A stretch of DNA of 61,124 nucleotides, filler included, from 5 parts of 5 records of this genome joined end to end with filler, not necessarily neighbours in it; one strand, 5' to 3'. Positions 9,463 to 19,640 are shown, numbered from the whole stretch's first letter. Program-made: numbers and translations. Notes: generated from the sequence alone by a model not told the origin.

Positions 9463-10454
9463 GTGGTGTAAAAACAGTTCCTGTTCACAAAGATGACGCG
9501 GGTATTCGCATTGATCGCTGGTTCAAGCGGCATTATCCCGGCCTGAGCTTTGGCCGCATGCAGAAGATGATGCGCAAAGGTGAAGTGCGACTGGATGGCA
9601 AACGCGTGAAGGGTGACGAACGTATTGAGCCCGGCCAGATGATCCGCGTGCCACCGATTGATGACGCTGATGCTGCGGACGCTGACTATACGGCACCCAA
9701 GCGGGAGCCGAAGCGTCTTATGAGCGACGCGGAAATCAAGGAAGTGCAGTCCTGGGTGCTGTACCGCGATGATGACGTGATTGCGATCAACAAACCTGCA
9801 GGCCTGCCAACGCAGGGCGGTACGGGTCAAACCAAACATCTGGACGGCATGTTGGATGCGCTGCGGTTTGGCAGCCACCACCGGCCGCGCCTTGTGCACC
9901 GGCTGGATAAGGACACTTCTGGCGTGCTGCTGCTTGGCCGTACACCAAACGCTGCTGCGGCGTTGGCGAATGCTTTCAAGACCAAAGAGACGGATAAACG
10001 TTACTGGGCGCTGGTGATTGGTTGCCCCAAACAGCGTGATGGCCGTATCATCCTGAAAATGAGTAAAGCTCCTATCAAGGGGAACGAGCGCATGGTGGTG
10101 TCGTCTGACGGCCAACACTCGCTCACGGATTATGTGGTAGTGGACAATGCCAGTGCTGAGGCTGCGTGGTTTGCGTTGAAGCCGCACACAGGCCGCACCC
10201 ACCAGTTGCGCCTGCACTGTGCTGAAATGGGCCACCCGATTGTGGGAGACGGAAAATATGGTGGGGCTGAAGCCTTTCTATCAGGCTCAATCTCGAAAAA
10301 GCTGCACCTGCACAGCCAGTCTGTGAGCTTCCCGCATCCGTCTGGTGGCCGAATGACAGTATCAGCGCCGCTGTCGGCCCATATGGCTGCGAGTTTTGAA
10401 ATGCTCGGTTTTGATATATCTGAATATGAAGACCCGCTGATCGATGGTGAATAA
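9459..10454 (+). CDS. RluA-family (RluC-like) pseudouridine synthase
   Basis: S4-like N-terminus, NKPAGL, LVHRLDKDTSG, TGRTHQLRLH; ATGA overlap with crcB. Confidence 0.95.
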   Translation: MSGVKTVPVHKDDAGIRIDRWFKRHYPGLSFGRMQKMMRKGEVRLDGKRVKGDERIEPGQMIRVPPIDDADAADADYTAPKREPKRLMSDAEIKEVQSWVLYRDDDVIAINKPAGLPTQGGTGQTKHLDGMLDALRFGSHHRPRLVHRLDKDTSGVLLLGRTPNAAAALANAFKTKETDKRYWALVIGCPKQRDGRIILKMSKAPIKGNERMVVSSDGQHSLTDYVVVDNASAEAAWFALKPHTGRTHQLRLHCAEMGHPIVGDGKYGGAEAFLSGSISKKLHLHSQSVSFPHPSGGRMTVSAPLSAHMAASFEMLGFDISEYEDPLIDGE

Positions 10455-10483
10455 CACGTATAGTTTTACTGGGGGACACATAA

Positions 10484-11032
10484 GTGAGTGATGTTAAGTT
10501 ACCTGAAGGCTGCCGACTATTGCCGCTTGTCGCGCACGGTGACGAGCGTGGTACGGTGATGGAAGTCTATCGCAGAGAATGGACAGACGGCGACGAACGC
10601 GTGCAATGGAACGTGGTGCATTCAAACGCTGGAACTTTGCGGGGTGTGCATGTCCACACCACACGGCTTGACTATCTTTATGTTGTTGAAGGTGAAATGT
10701 GGCTGGCGCTCTATGATATGCGGCGGTCCTCCAGCACTTTTAAGCAGTCTTGTCTCGTAAGGCTGGCGCCTGAGGTAAATCAGGCTGCGCATGTCCCCGT
10801 GGGCGTTGCGCACGGTTTTTATTTTACCAAGCCAAGCATAACGCTTTATGGCCTGTCGTCTTACTTCTCGATGGAAGATGAATTGGGCTGCCACCCAGAT
10901 GACCCTGCGCTTGGGATAGAGTGGCCTGGCGAAGAACGTCTGTTGTCAACGCGCGACCAGAAGGCAGGAACGCTTGAGGAAATGCAGCAAGCCTTTGACG
11001 ACTATTTGGCGCGTAACGGAGTGACAGCATGA
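10484..11032 (+). CDS. dTDP-4-dehydrorhamnose 3,5-epimerase (RmlC/cupin) family protein
   Basis: HGDERG, GTLRGVH, VPVGVAHGF, DPALGIEWP, LSTRD. Confidence 0.88.
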   Translation: MSDVKLPEGCRLLPLVAHGDERGTVMEVYRREWTDGDERVQWNVVHSNAGTLRGVHVHTTRLDYLYVVEGEMWLALYDMRRSSSTFKQSCLVRLAPEVNQAAHVPVGVAHGFYFTKPSITLYGLSSYFSMEDELGCHPDDPALGIEWPGEERLLSTRDQKAGTLEEMQQAFDDYLARNGVTA

Positions 11033-11952
11033 CGGGTAAAACTAAAATAGGGCTGATTGGCTGCGGGCGCTGGGGGCGAAATATACTGCGAGACTTATTG
11101 GTATGTGGCTGCGACGTTTATGTTGCCGAGCACGGAGAAAGTGGCCGCATCTATGCACTTGATATAGGGGCAAAGGCGGCGTTTGCTGAATACACAGAGT
11201 TTCCTGATGCTTTGGACGGGTATGTAGTGGCTGTTCAAACGGACCGCCATTTTGACATGCTGAAGCGGCTTGCGCCTACCGGTAAACCCATTTTTATTGA
11301 AAAGCCAATGGTGCCGGATCGCGTGCATGCGCTTGAGATACAGGCTCTGATGGGCGAGCGGGTTTTTGTGATGCACAAATGGCGCTATCATCCCGGCATC
11401 CAGATGCTCCGCACTCTTAACCAAGAGGGAACCTATGGCAAGCTGCACCGCCTGACGACCAATCGTGTGCAGTGGAAGCAGCCTCACGATGATGTCGATG
11501 CCTTCTGGATATTGATGCCGCACGATGTTTCAATCGCCTACCATATCATTGATGATCTACCAGATGTGAAGGCTGTACAAGCCCAGATACGTGGTAATGA
11601 TATACATGAGCTCACCGCTTTTCTTGGGCCCGAACCTAGCGTAACACTCAGTATTTCCGATATTTTCCCCGAAACACAGCGACATGTCATTGCTTATTTT
11701 GATCAAGCAGTGGTGAGTTTGCCTGATCCGCTTTCAGACCAGCTTGAGGTTAGGGCTTTGAAAGAGGGCAAACCGTCCGACGAGATAACGTCAATACCGA
11801 TTTCGACCGAGTTTCCGCTACTAAGGGAAATTAAAGCGTTTATTGCGCATGTGGAGACGGGGGCAGCAGTTGGATCTTTGGTTGAGGATGAAATGACCAT
11901 GATGCAATGCCTGACGGAGATGCGTCGGCTCGCGTTCGATACAGAAGGCTGA
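11029..11952 (+). CDS. Gfo/Idh/MocA-family oxidoreductase
   Basis: IGLIGCGRWG Rossmann motif, IEKP, PHDVSI; ATGA overlap with upstream gene. Confidence 0.88.
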   Translation: MTGKTKIGLIGCGRWGRNILRDLLVCGCDVYVAEHGESGRIYALDIGAKAAFAEYTEFPDALDGYVVAVQTDRHFDMLKRLAPTGKPIFIEKPMVPDRVHALEIQALMGERVFVMHKWRYHPGIQMLRTLNQEGTYGKLHRLTTNRVQWKQPHDDVDAFWILMPHDVSIAYHIIDDLPDVKAVQAQIRGNDIHELTAFLGPEPSVTLSISDIFPETQRHVIAYFDQAVVSLPDPLSDQLEVRALKEGKPSDEITSIPISTEFPLLREIKAFIAHVETGAAVGSLVEDEMTMMQCLTEMRRLAFDTEG

Positions 11953-11998
11953 ACCCTGTTACACTGGCAGGTTGATACGCGATAAGGATAATATCCCG

Positions 11999-12829
11999 AT
12001 GCCTTTGTTTTCCGTTATAATTCCCACCTATAACCACTGCGACACCATCCTGTGGGCCATCAAAAGTGTTCAGGAGCAAACGGTTCAGGACTTTGAGATT
12101 ATAGTTGCGGGCGATGGAGTGCCTGACCGCACTCGCGACATTATGACCAAGCTATGCGCGGAAGATACGCGGATACGATTTTTGGACAACCCCAAGGATG
12201 CGGGTAAAGGCGAGACGCAGCGCCATGCAGCCGTGATGGCCTCGAAGGCGGAGTATATCGCGGGCCTGGGGGACGATGATGTATGGCAAAAGCGGCACCT
12301 TGAGGTATTGGCTACAGGCCTAGAGGACGCTGATTTTTGTAACACGCTGTCGAGCGTCGTTTTGCCGCGACGAGGCTTAGTGATACAGCCAGGAAATATT
12401 GCTTCACAGCTCGGCAAAAGTGTTCTGCTCAATATGAAGTTCAATTTTATCGGTTTTACAACTGCCGGGTACCGTAAGAGTAGCTATCTTTCTCTGGCTG
12501 AACAGTGGGGTCCCACGCCTAAAGGTATCTGGTCAGATCTTTTCATGTGGCGCAAATGGCTTTCACAGGAACATTTGAGGTTCAAGTCTCTTCCATTTGT
12601 GACCAGCATTCATATCGATTCGCCGGGTAGGGAGGATATGTCGATTGCAGAGCGTGCTGAAGAGTCCAAATACTGGCTCGGTATTATCCGTGACGATGAC
12701 CATTTCGCGAAATTGGAGATGGAAGCACTGCGACAGGTCACGCTGGACCATGGGTGCTACAAAGCTGGAATGTATCATTTTCGGGCGTTGTATGAAAAGC
12801 TCGTGAAACTGACAGGACAAAGTATATAA
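11999..12829 (+). CDS. Glycosyltransferase family 2 (copy 1)
   Basis: FSVIIPTYN, EIIVAGDG, GLGDDDVW. Confidence 0.9.
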   Translation: MPLFSVIIPTYNHCDTILWAIKSVQEQTVQDFEIIVAGDGVPDRTRDIMTKLCAEDTRIRFLDNPKDAGKGETQRHAAVMASKAEYIAGLGDDDVWQKRHLEVLATGLEDADFCNTLSSVVLPRRGLVIQPGNIASQLGKSVLLNMKFNFIGFTTAGYRKSSYLSLAEQWGPTPKGIWSDLFMWRKWLSQEHLRFKSLPFVTSIHIDSPGREDMSIAERAEESKYWLGIIRDDDHFAKLEMEALRQVTLDHGCYKAGMYHFRALYEKLVKLTGQSI

Positions 12830-13036
12830 GTGGCATGAAATCCAACGAAATACCTCCGTCGGATGTGGTTCAGAGGCGCGCGGTTGTACAAGTGCGCTAT
12901 GACACTATGGGGATTTGAACTGCTTGTTTGGCATACTGCATGTAACAGCAATGAACTGCTGCAATAAAATCAGTGATCAAACCCCTGCCGTTGCGACGAA
13001 TGTTTGGGATTTGCATCGCTTGTAGAGGAGCGATAG

Positions 13037-13903
13037 GTGCCTTTGTTTTCTGTAATTATTCCAACTTATAATCACTGCGACACCATTGTTTGGGCACTCA
13101 AAAGCGCACAGCGTCAGAGCGTGCAGGACTTTGAGATCATCGTTTCGGGTGATGGTGTGCCAGATCGCACGCGGGAAATTATGGCTGAATTCTGCGAACA
13201 GGACAGCAGGATACGATTTCTCGATAACCCCAAAGGTGAACACAAGGGTGAGCTGAACCGCCATAAGGCCGTTTTGGCAGCTGACGGAAAATATATCGCT
13301 TACCTCAGTGATGACGACCTCTGGCACGAGAGCCATCTTGCTGTTTTGACAGAAGGACTAGAACAGAGTGATTTCTGCCATACCTTGCATGGCTGTGTAT
13401 ACCCTACAGGCAAGTTGGAAATCTTTCCCGGTGATATTAGCAGTACTTTTTGCCGGGAGGTTTTGCTTGATAAGCACTATAATTTTTTCGGCCCAACCTG
13501 CGTGGGGCACACCAAGGAGGCTTACAAGCGGCTGCCGCTGGGATGGTCTGTTGCGCCTCCCCCGGAAAGCTGGGCGGACCTTCATATGTGGCGACAATGG
13601 TTCAAAGCGCCTGGCCTCCGATTTTTGAGCATTCCGAAGTTGACAACCGTCCATCTGGATTCACCTGGCCGGGGACACATGTCGATTGAAAAAAGGGCTG
13701 CCGAGTCCAAAGTATGGCTTGAAAAGATAAGCGCTGCGGGTGGTATGAAAGAAATTGAAGATGATGCGTTGCGCCAAGTAGTGCTTAAGCAAGGGTGCTA
13801 TGAATTCATGGCTCATGAGCTGTCACGTGAGAAGCGGAAGCTACTAGAAAAAATGGCAACGCTAGAAGAGAAACTTCAGCACAGCTGGGATATTATTTCT
13901 TAA
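13037..13903 (+). CDS. Glycosyltransferase family 2 (copy 2, paralogue)
   Basis: FSVIIPTYN, EIIVSGDG, YLSDDDLW; N-terminus nearly identical to copy 1. Confidence 0.9.
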   Translation: MPLFSVIIPTYNHCDTIVWALKSAQRQSVQDFEIIVSGDGVPDRTREIMAEFCEQDSRIRFLDNPKGEHKGELNRHKAVLAADGKYIAYLSDDDLWHESHLAVLTEGLEQSDFCHTLHGCVYPTGKLEIFPGDISSTFCREVLLDKHYNFFGPTCVGHTKEAYKRLPLGWSVAPPPESWADLHMWRQWFKAPGLRFLSIPKLTTVHLDSPGRGHMSIEKRAAESKVWLEKISAAGGMKEIEDDALRQVVLKQGCYEFMAHELSREKRKLLEKMATLEEKLQHSWDIIS

Positions 13904-14586
13904 TGAGCAACACTATAAAACTCGTTATCTTCGACTGCGACGGCACGCTGGTTGACAGCCAGCATATGATCGTTGGCGCCATGCATGAAACCTTCCGGAT
14001 TGCGGAAATGGCACCGGTGGATGACCTTGCTGTGCGCCGCATTGTGGGCTTGAACCTTGTGGAAGCCATTGCTGAGCTGCTGCCTGACATTGCATCGGCG
14101 GAGCATAACCGCCTCGCCGAGGTATACAAAAAAGCCTTTTACCGCCTGCGGGTTGAAGAGGCGGCAGGGCCGGACCCCTTATACCCCGGCACGCGTGATG
14201 TGCTTGAGCAGTTGAATGCAGAAGGGTACCTGCTGGGTGTGGCAACGGGCAACAGCGTGCGCGGCCTTAACCGTGTGCTTGAAGAGCATGATTTGGGGCA
14301 TCTGTTTGTGACCCTGCAAACCGCTGATAGTCATCCCTCCAAACCGCACCCATCCATGATCCATACGGCGGTGGCAGAGGCTGGTAGCAGCGCTGATGCT
14401 GCCATGATGATCGGCGATACAACATTTGATATGATGATGGCGAAAAACGCTGGTACGCACGGCCTTGGCGTTGATTGGGGATACCATCCGTCACATGAGT
14501 TGAAGGCGTCGGGCGCGGGAACAGTGGTTTCGAGCTTTCTGGATATCCCCGCTTATGTAAAGACTGTGCTTGGGGCTGCGGCATAA
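13903..14586 (+). CDS. HAD-family hydrolase (phosphoglycolate phosphatase-like)
   Basis: FDCDGTLVDS, SKPHP, MIGDTTFD. Confidence 0.92.
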   Translation: MSNTIKLVIFDCDGTLVDSQHMIVGAMHETFRIAEMAPVDDLAVRRIVGLNLVEAIAELLPDIASAEHNRLAEVYKKAFYRLRVEEAAGPDPLYPGTRDVLEQLNAEGYLLGVATGNSVRGLNRVLEEHDLGHLFVTLQTADSHPSKPHPSMIHTAVAEAGSSADAAMMIGDTTFDMMMAKNAGTHGLGVDWGYHPSHELKASGAGTVVSSFLDIPAYVKTVLGAAA

Positions 14587-14607
14587 CGCGGGATATATGG
14601 TCCAGAT

Positions 14608-15084
14608 GTGGTAAGGAAGATCATGGTTAAAAAACAACAAGGCAGCGAGCTTGACAGGGAGGCAATCCGGCCGCGGGTTGGTTTCGTATGGGCATCTGGT
14701 GTGCTTTGCGCAGCGGCTGTGCTGACCTACCTGAGCGAAGATGTGATTGTGGGCCCCAGGGGCGAAGGTGCGCTTGGTTACGCCATTGTGCTGGGCCTTG
14801 AGATCATGATCGCCATGTGTCTGTTGCTTTGTTACCGGGTGCCGCGGCTTGGCAACCGGCTCTTGGGTTTTGACATGATGCTCAAGAAGCCTTCCAAGGG
14901 CGAAAAATCAAGTATGAGCTACACCGGCAGCTTCCATGTTGAAACGGGTGCCGCCGAGAAACGCATGAACACCCGCCGCAAGGAAGCGCGGTATTCACGA
15001 CGCAAGCTCGCGGAAGTGACCCGCCAGATGCAGGCCGAAAAGGCCACCAAACAATCAGAAAAATCAGAAGAAGACAAAAGCTAG
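14608..15084 (+). CDS. Hypothetical membrane protein (two TM segments, basic C-terminus)
   Basis: ORF fills the gap between HAD and ATP12 genes on the same strand. Confidence 0.65.
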   Translation: MVRKIMVKKQQGSELDREAIRPRVGFVWASGVLCAAAVLTYLSEDVIVGPRGEGALGYAIVLGLEIMIAMCLLLCYRVPRLGNRLLGFDMMLKKPSKGEKSSMSYTGSFHVETGAAEKRMNTRRKEARYSRRKLAEVTRQMQAEKATKQSEKSEEDKS

Positions 15085-15087
15085 GTC

Positions 15088-15786
15088 ATGAGAAAATTCT
15101 ATCAATCCGTTGGCGTGGAAGCGGCTGACACTGGCCACGTTGTTACCCTTGATGGCCGTATGGTGAAAACACCGGCGAAAGCGTCTCTTGTCCTGCCAAC
15201 CAAAGCTTTGGCTGATGCCGTAGCGGTGGAATGGGATGCGCAGGACGAGAAAATCAAGCCAGACACTATGCCGCAAACACGCCTCGCCAGCACGGCGCTC
15301 GACCGCGTGATGCCGCGCCACAATGACGTGGTCACTGAGGTTGCGGCTTTTGGCGGCACGGATCTCCTTTGTTACCGCACGAATGAACCGGCGGACCTTA
15401 TGGCGCTGCAGGACCGGGTGTGGAACCCGTATCTGGGATGGGCGGCAACAGAACTGGGGGCCAGTCTGCGTGTCACAAATGGCATTATCCCTGTTGCGCA
15501 GGAGGAGAAAGCCCTTGAACGGCTAAAAGATCGCGTGGCCGCGCATGATGCTTTTGAACTGACCGCGCTGCACAGTTTGACCAACGGTCTCGGCTCTCTA
15601 GTGCTTGCACTCGCCTATATGGAAGGTTTCAGCCCGCTTGAAGCGGTATGGCAGGCCAGCATCCTAGATGCCACACATCAGGAAGAACATTGGGGCCTGG
15701 ATGACGAAGTGGCGGAAAAGCGCGCTATTCAGCATGCAGACCTGACTTTCACTGCTGAGTTTATTTCGCACCTGCGAAATAAATAG
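15088..15786 (+). CDS. ATP12-family F1-ATPase assembly chaperone
   Basis: MRKFY, LDGRMVKTPA, EWDAQ, MPQTRLASTALD, TDLLCYR. Confidence 0.93.
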   Translation: MRKFYQSVGVEAADTGHVVTLDGRMVKTPAKASLVLPTKALADAVAVEWDAQDEKIKPDTMPQTRLASTALDRVMPRHNDVVTEVAAFGGTDLLCYRTNEPADLMALQDRVWNPYLGWAATELGASLRVTNGIIPVAQEEKALERLKDRVAAHDAFELTALHSLTNGLGSLVLALAYMEGFSPLEAVWQASILDATHQEEHWGLDDEVAEKRAIQHADLTFTAEFISHLRNK

Positions 15787-15886
15787 CTGGAAAGCACGGC
15801 ATCAAGAAGATAAGAACGATTTTGGCTATGGGTGAGGGTCAAGGTTTATAGAACCAAAGGGCCCGCAGTCAGAGGGAAGGGAAACG

Positions 15887-17130
15887 ATGAAAGAAATCCT
15901 GGAACGCCTTGAGGTGAAGCGCCAAGAAGCGCACCTGGGCGGCGGGCAGGCCCGCATTGATGCACAGCATGCACGCGGCAAGCTGACAGCGCGTGAACGT
16001 ATCGACCTGCTGCTGGATGAAGGCAGCTTTGAAGAATATGACACCTTCGTTGAGCACCGCTGCACCGACTTTGGCATGAGCGACAACAAGTTCGCGGGCG
16101 ACGGTGTCGTCACCGGCTCCGGCACCATCAGTGGTCGCCTTGTTTATGTGTTCAGCCAGGATTTTACCGTGTTCGGCGGTTCACTCTCTGCAACCCACGC
16201 ACAGAAAATTATCAAGGTCATGGACATGGCCATGAAGGTTGGCGCGCCGGTTATCGGCCTCAACGATAGCGGCGGTGCCCGTATTCAGGAAGGCGTTGCA
16301 GCCCTTGGCGGTTATGCCGATGTGTTCCAGAAAAACGTTCTGGCGTCCGGCGTTGTACCGCAAATTTCCATGATCATGGGGCCATGCGCGGGCGGTGCGG
16401 TTTATAGCCCGGCAATGACAGACTTTATTTTCATGGTGCAGGACAGCTCATACATGTTTGTGACCGGCCCCGACGTGGTGAAAACCGTGACAAACGAGGT
16501 GGTCACACAGGAAGAGCTTGGCGGGGCATCCACCCACACCACCAAATCCGGTGTCGCAGACAAAGCTTTTGATAACGACGTGGAAGCGCTGGCGCAGCTC
16601 CGTCGTTTTTATGATTTTCTGCCGCTCAACAACCGTGAAAAACCACCGGTTCGCCCCACGTATGACAAGCCTGAGCGCATTGAAATGTCGCTCGATAATG
16701 TTATCCCATCGAACGCCAACAAACCTTATGACATGCATGAGGTGATTGAAAAGATGGTGGACGAAGGCGACTTTTTTGAGCTTCAGCCCCGGCACGCCGG
16801 CAATATCATCATCGGCATGGCCCGCATGGACGGCCAGACAGTTGGTATTGTGGCTAACCAGCCCATGGTGCTGGCAGGTTGCCTTGATATCGACAGCTCC
16901 AAAAAAGCGGCGCGGTTCGTGCGTTTCTGTGACTGTTTCAATATCCCGATCATCACGCTTGTTGACGTGCCCGGCTTCCTGCCCGGCACAGCACAGGAAT
17001 ATGGCGGCATTATCAAACACGGCGCCAAGCTGTTGTTTGCCTACGGTGAAGCTACCGTGCCAAAAATCACCATCATTACCCGCAAGGCCTACGGCGGCGC
17101 CTATGACGTGATGGCGTCCAAACACCTGCG
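15887..17130 (+). CDS. pccB: Propionyl-CoA carboxylase beta chain (3' truncated at contig end)
   Basis: [53 protein letters not shown]. Confidence 0.95.
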
Positions 17131-17230
17131 NNNNNNNNNNNNNNNNNNNNNNNNNNNNNNNNNNNNNNNNNNNNTTAATTAATTAANNNNNNNNNNNNNN
17201 NNNNNNNNNNNNNNNNNNNNNNNNNNNNNN
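17131..17230. other. Artificial contig linker
   Basis: N44-TTAATTAATTAA-N44; stops in all six frames. Confidence 0.98.
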
Positions 17231-17450
17231 CCGATTCCTTGGGCATGAAGGACCATTTCAAACCAGTCGGGAACCCGGCGCCACCACGCCCACGCAGGCC
17301 AGAGGCCTTCATTTCCTCGACGATCCACTCACGTCCCTTGCCGATGATGTCCTTGGTTCCGTCCCAATGGCCGCGCTTTTTCGCGCCATCAAGCGTCCGG
17401 TCATGCATGCCGTAGAGGTTGGTAAAGATCCGGTCCTGGTCCTGCAGCAT
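17231..17450 (-). CDS. nuoF: NADH-quinone oxidoreductase subunit F, N-terminal fragment
   Basis: [14 protein letters not shown]...[22 protein letters not shown]. Confidence 0.96.
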
Positions 17451-17453
17451 CTC

Positions 17454-17672
17454 TCAATCCTTGTCTTTCTGGCGGTCCCGCCAGAGCCCGTATAACATCC
17501 ACAGCGCCCAGAAAAAGCCTCCAAGTGCGGCAAGATCCAAAAGCGCGCGCAGGCGCTGGCTCAGGTCCAGCGCCGCGCCTATTGCAATGGCCGCGATCCA
17601 GCCGACACCGGTCCCGGCAATGACCAGCGCAATCACGCGGCCCCGCCGGTTGAGATCCTGCTTGTCAGCCAT
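17454..17672 (-). CDS. Small two-TM membrane protein upstream of nuoF (DUF5337-like)
   Basis: MADKQDLNRRGRVIALVIAG...LLDLAALGGFFWAL; position typical of Rhodobacteraceae nuo operons. Confidence 0.75.
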   Translation of the reverse strand: MADKQDLNRRGRVIALVIAGTGVGWIAAIAIGAALDLSQRLRALLDLAALGGFFWALWMLYGLWRDRQKDKD

Positions 17673-17686
17673 TCGCGACCCCGGGT

Positions 17687-18514
17687 CTACTTGGCCAGAT
17701 CGGCGGCCTGCGCCACCCAACCATTGCGCGACGCGCGTCCGCGCACACCCGGAAGGTTCTCATCCACCCAAAGGACGTTGGCATCGGTCCATGCGGCAAT
17801 CTGCGCGAATTGATAGATGCCTTCGGCGTTCAACGCCTCGGCCAGTTTGGGTCCGACGCCGTTCAGTGCGGTCAGATCGTCCGACGCGCCTTTGGTGGGG
17901 GCGGCCATCGCCTTGGGTTTGGTCATGGTCGGCGCTGCGGTCTTTGTTTCGACCGGCGCGGTCTCAGCCTTTACCGGCTCGGTTTTCACAGCTTCGGCTT
18001 TCACCGGCGCGGCCTTGGCGGGCGCGGCCTTGACGGTCTCTGCTTTGACAGGCGCGGCCTCTGCCTTGACCGGCTTCGCAGCGGGTGCAACTGCAGCTTC
18101 GACTGACTTGGTCAAAACCTCGGCAGGTGCGGCGGTCTTCTTAGCCGGAGCCTTGTCCAACTTGGGCGCTGCTGCTTTGGTTTCCACTATGGCACCGGCT
18201 TTTGGTTTCGCAGCCTTGACCGGGGCAACGGCCACCTCTTCCACCGTCTCGGCGACGGCCTCAACCACCTTGTCAGCGGCTTTGGCTTTGGTCTTCACAG
18301 GCGTCTCGACTGTCTTGGCCGCGGCCGCAACGGTTACGCGGCCCATCGGACCACAGACAGAGCCAAAACCCGTCGGCAAACCGGCCCAAGGCATCATGGC
18401 CAGTTTCATCATGCCTTGGCTCGCCTCCATGGCGAACCGGGTCTGAAACTCTATCAGCCGCAGGAAAGGGGTGAAATCGGGTGTCATCACATAATTCGGG
18501 GTCGTCATGGTCAC
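17687..18514 (-). CDS. Ala/Lys/Pro-rich protein with C-terminal helix-hairpin-helix-like domain
   Basis: PVKAE repeats; DDLTALNGVGPKLAEALNAEGIYQFAQIAAW. Confidence 0.75.
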   Translation of the reverse strand: MTMTTPNYVMTPDFTPFLRLIEFQTRFAMEASQGMMKLAMMPWAGLPTGFGSVCGPMGRVTVAAAAKTVETPVKTKAKAADKVVEAVAETVEEVAVAPVKAAKPKAGAIVETKAAAPKLDKAPAKKTAAPAEVLTKSVEAAVAPAAKPVKAEAAPVKAETVKAAPAKAAPVKAEAVKTEPVKAETAPVETKTAAPTMTKPKAMAAPTKGASDDLTALNGVGPKLAEALNAEGIYQFAQIAAWTDANVLWVDENLPGVRGRASRNGWVAQAADLAK

Positions 18515-18674
18515 GTCCTCGCTCCACTAATCGGGCGCAGTCTACTGCGCGTGTCTTAGCGCCGTTCCTCCCCAACAGTGCCTGTGCCACGCCTTGCATA
18601 CTGCAGCGCGGCATGCAAGGTATGGCGTTGTCGCACGGGCCGGATCGGCGGAACAGAACCGCCGCTGTGATGCA

Positions 18675-19640
18675 TCAGTAGACGTCACCGCCCCTAACTC
18701 GGGACGAGAACTCGGTCTCGCCGCCTTCGGCAAGAACCCGTGCCTGATCGACCCATTGATCGCGGCTGACCCGACCCTTGAAACCTTCGAGGTTGGCATC
18801 GACCCAGGCAATCTCCTGATCGGTCCAACTGGCAATCTGGTCGAAATGGTAGATGCCCAGATCGTTACACAGCTTTTCCAACTTTGGCCCGATGCCCTTG
18901 ACCTGCTTAAGGTCATCCGCGCCACCCTCGCGCGGACCGTCCAGCATGGTTGGCTTTTCGCCCTCGTCCTTGCCTTCGAGGATCCCGTCCCCATCATAAT
19001 CTTCGGTGTCGGTCACAGCCGAGGTGGCGGGCGCGGTGTAGGTCCATGTCCCCTTTCGGCTGGCCAATTCCGCCTCTCCCGCCAGAGGGGTCGACGGCAG
19101 AATACGCGGTCCGGCGTCCTCGGGGACATCGATTTCCGCGGCGTCGGCCACTGAGGGGTTGGGCACTGGCGTCGGATCAACGGCTGCAACACTGTCCGGG
19201 CTGGTATCGCCTGCCGGAGCGGGGTCTGCAATCGGCGGTGTCGCCGTGTTTGAATATGTCCAACTGCCCTTGCGTTCCGCCAGTTCTGCCTCGCCGACCA
19301 GTGGCGAGGAGGGGCGGACAAGCGGGTCAGCCACGTCAACCGGCGCGACCTTAGGGGCAGCTTCAACCGTCCCTTGCGGTGCACTCGATGGCACTTTGAC
19401 CGGGTCCTTGACAGGGCGCGCAGGGGCCACAGCTGTTTGGCTGGTTGTGGCCTGTGGCCCGCACAGGACCATTTTGAACAGCAGGCCCAGACCGACCAAC
19501 AGAATGATCGCCACCAACAGAGCTGAAATGAAACGCCACTCTGCCACCGCCAAAAGCAGCCCAAACGTTAGCAATGCCGCCAGCCCGGCAAGGCCCCAGC
19601 AGATCTTGGGGCAATCGCCCCCTGATTTCGTATCGGTCAT
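18675..19640 (-). CDS. Membrane-anchored protein with C-terminal NuoE-extension-like HhH domain
   Basis: Two N-terminal TM helices; DDLKQVKGIGPKLEKLCNDLGIYHFDQIASW...GETEFS. Confidence 0.8.
   Translation of the reverse strand: MTDTKSGGDCPKICWGLAGLAALLTFGLLLAVAEWRFISALLVAIILLVGLGLLFKMVLCGPQATTSQTAVAPARPVKDPVKVPSSAPQGTVEAAPKVAPVDVADPLVRPSSPLVGEAELAERKGSWTYSNTATPPIADPAPAGDTSPDSVAAVDPTPVPNPSVADAAEIDVPEDAGPRILPSTPLAGEAELASRKGTWTYTAPATSAVTDTEDYDGDGILEGKDEGEKPTMLDGPREGGADDLKQVKGIGPKLEKLCNDLGIYHFDQIASWTDQEIAWVDANLEGFKGRVSRDQWVDQARVLAEGGETEFSSRVRGGDVY

Noticed and set aside
9330-10235. 301-aa ORF antisense to the pseudouridine synthase
   Set aside because: Shadow ORF opposite a well-conserved gene
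17175-17186. Palindromic TTAATTAATTAA repeated four times in the window
   Set aside because: Always centred in N runs of fixed length; an assembly linker, not a biological repeat
17930-18110. Repeated DNA words (GCCTTGAC/TTCACCGG) resembling an array
   Set aside because: Explained by PVKAE peptide repeats in a coding sequence; no constant repeat-spacer structure and no cas genes
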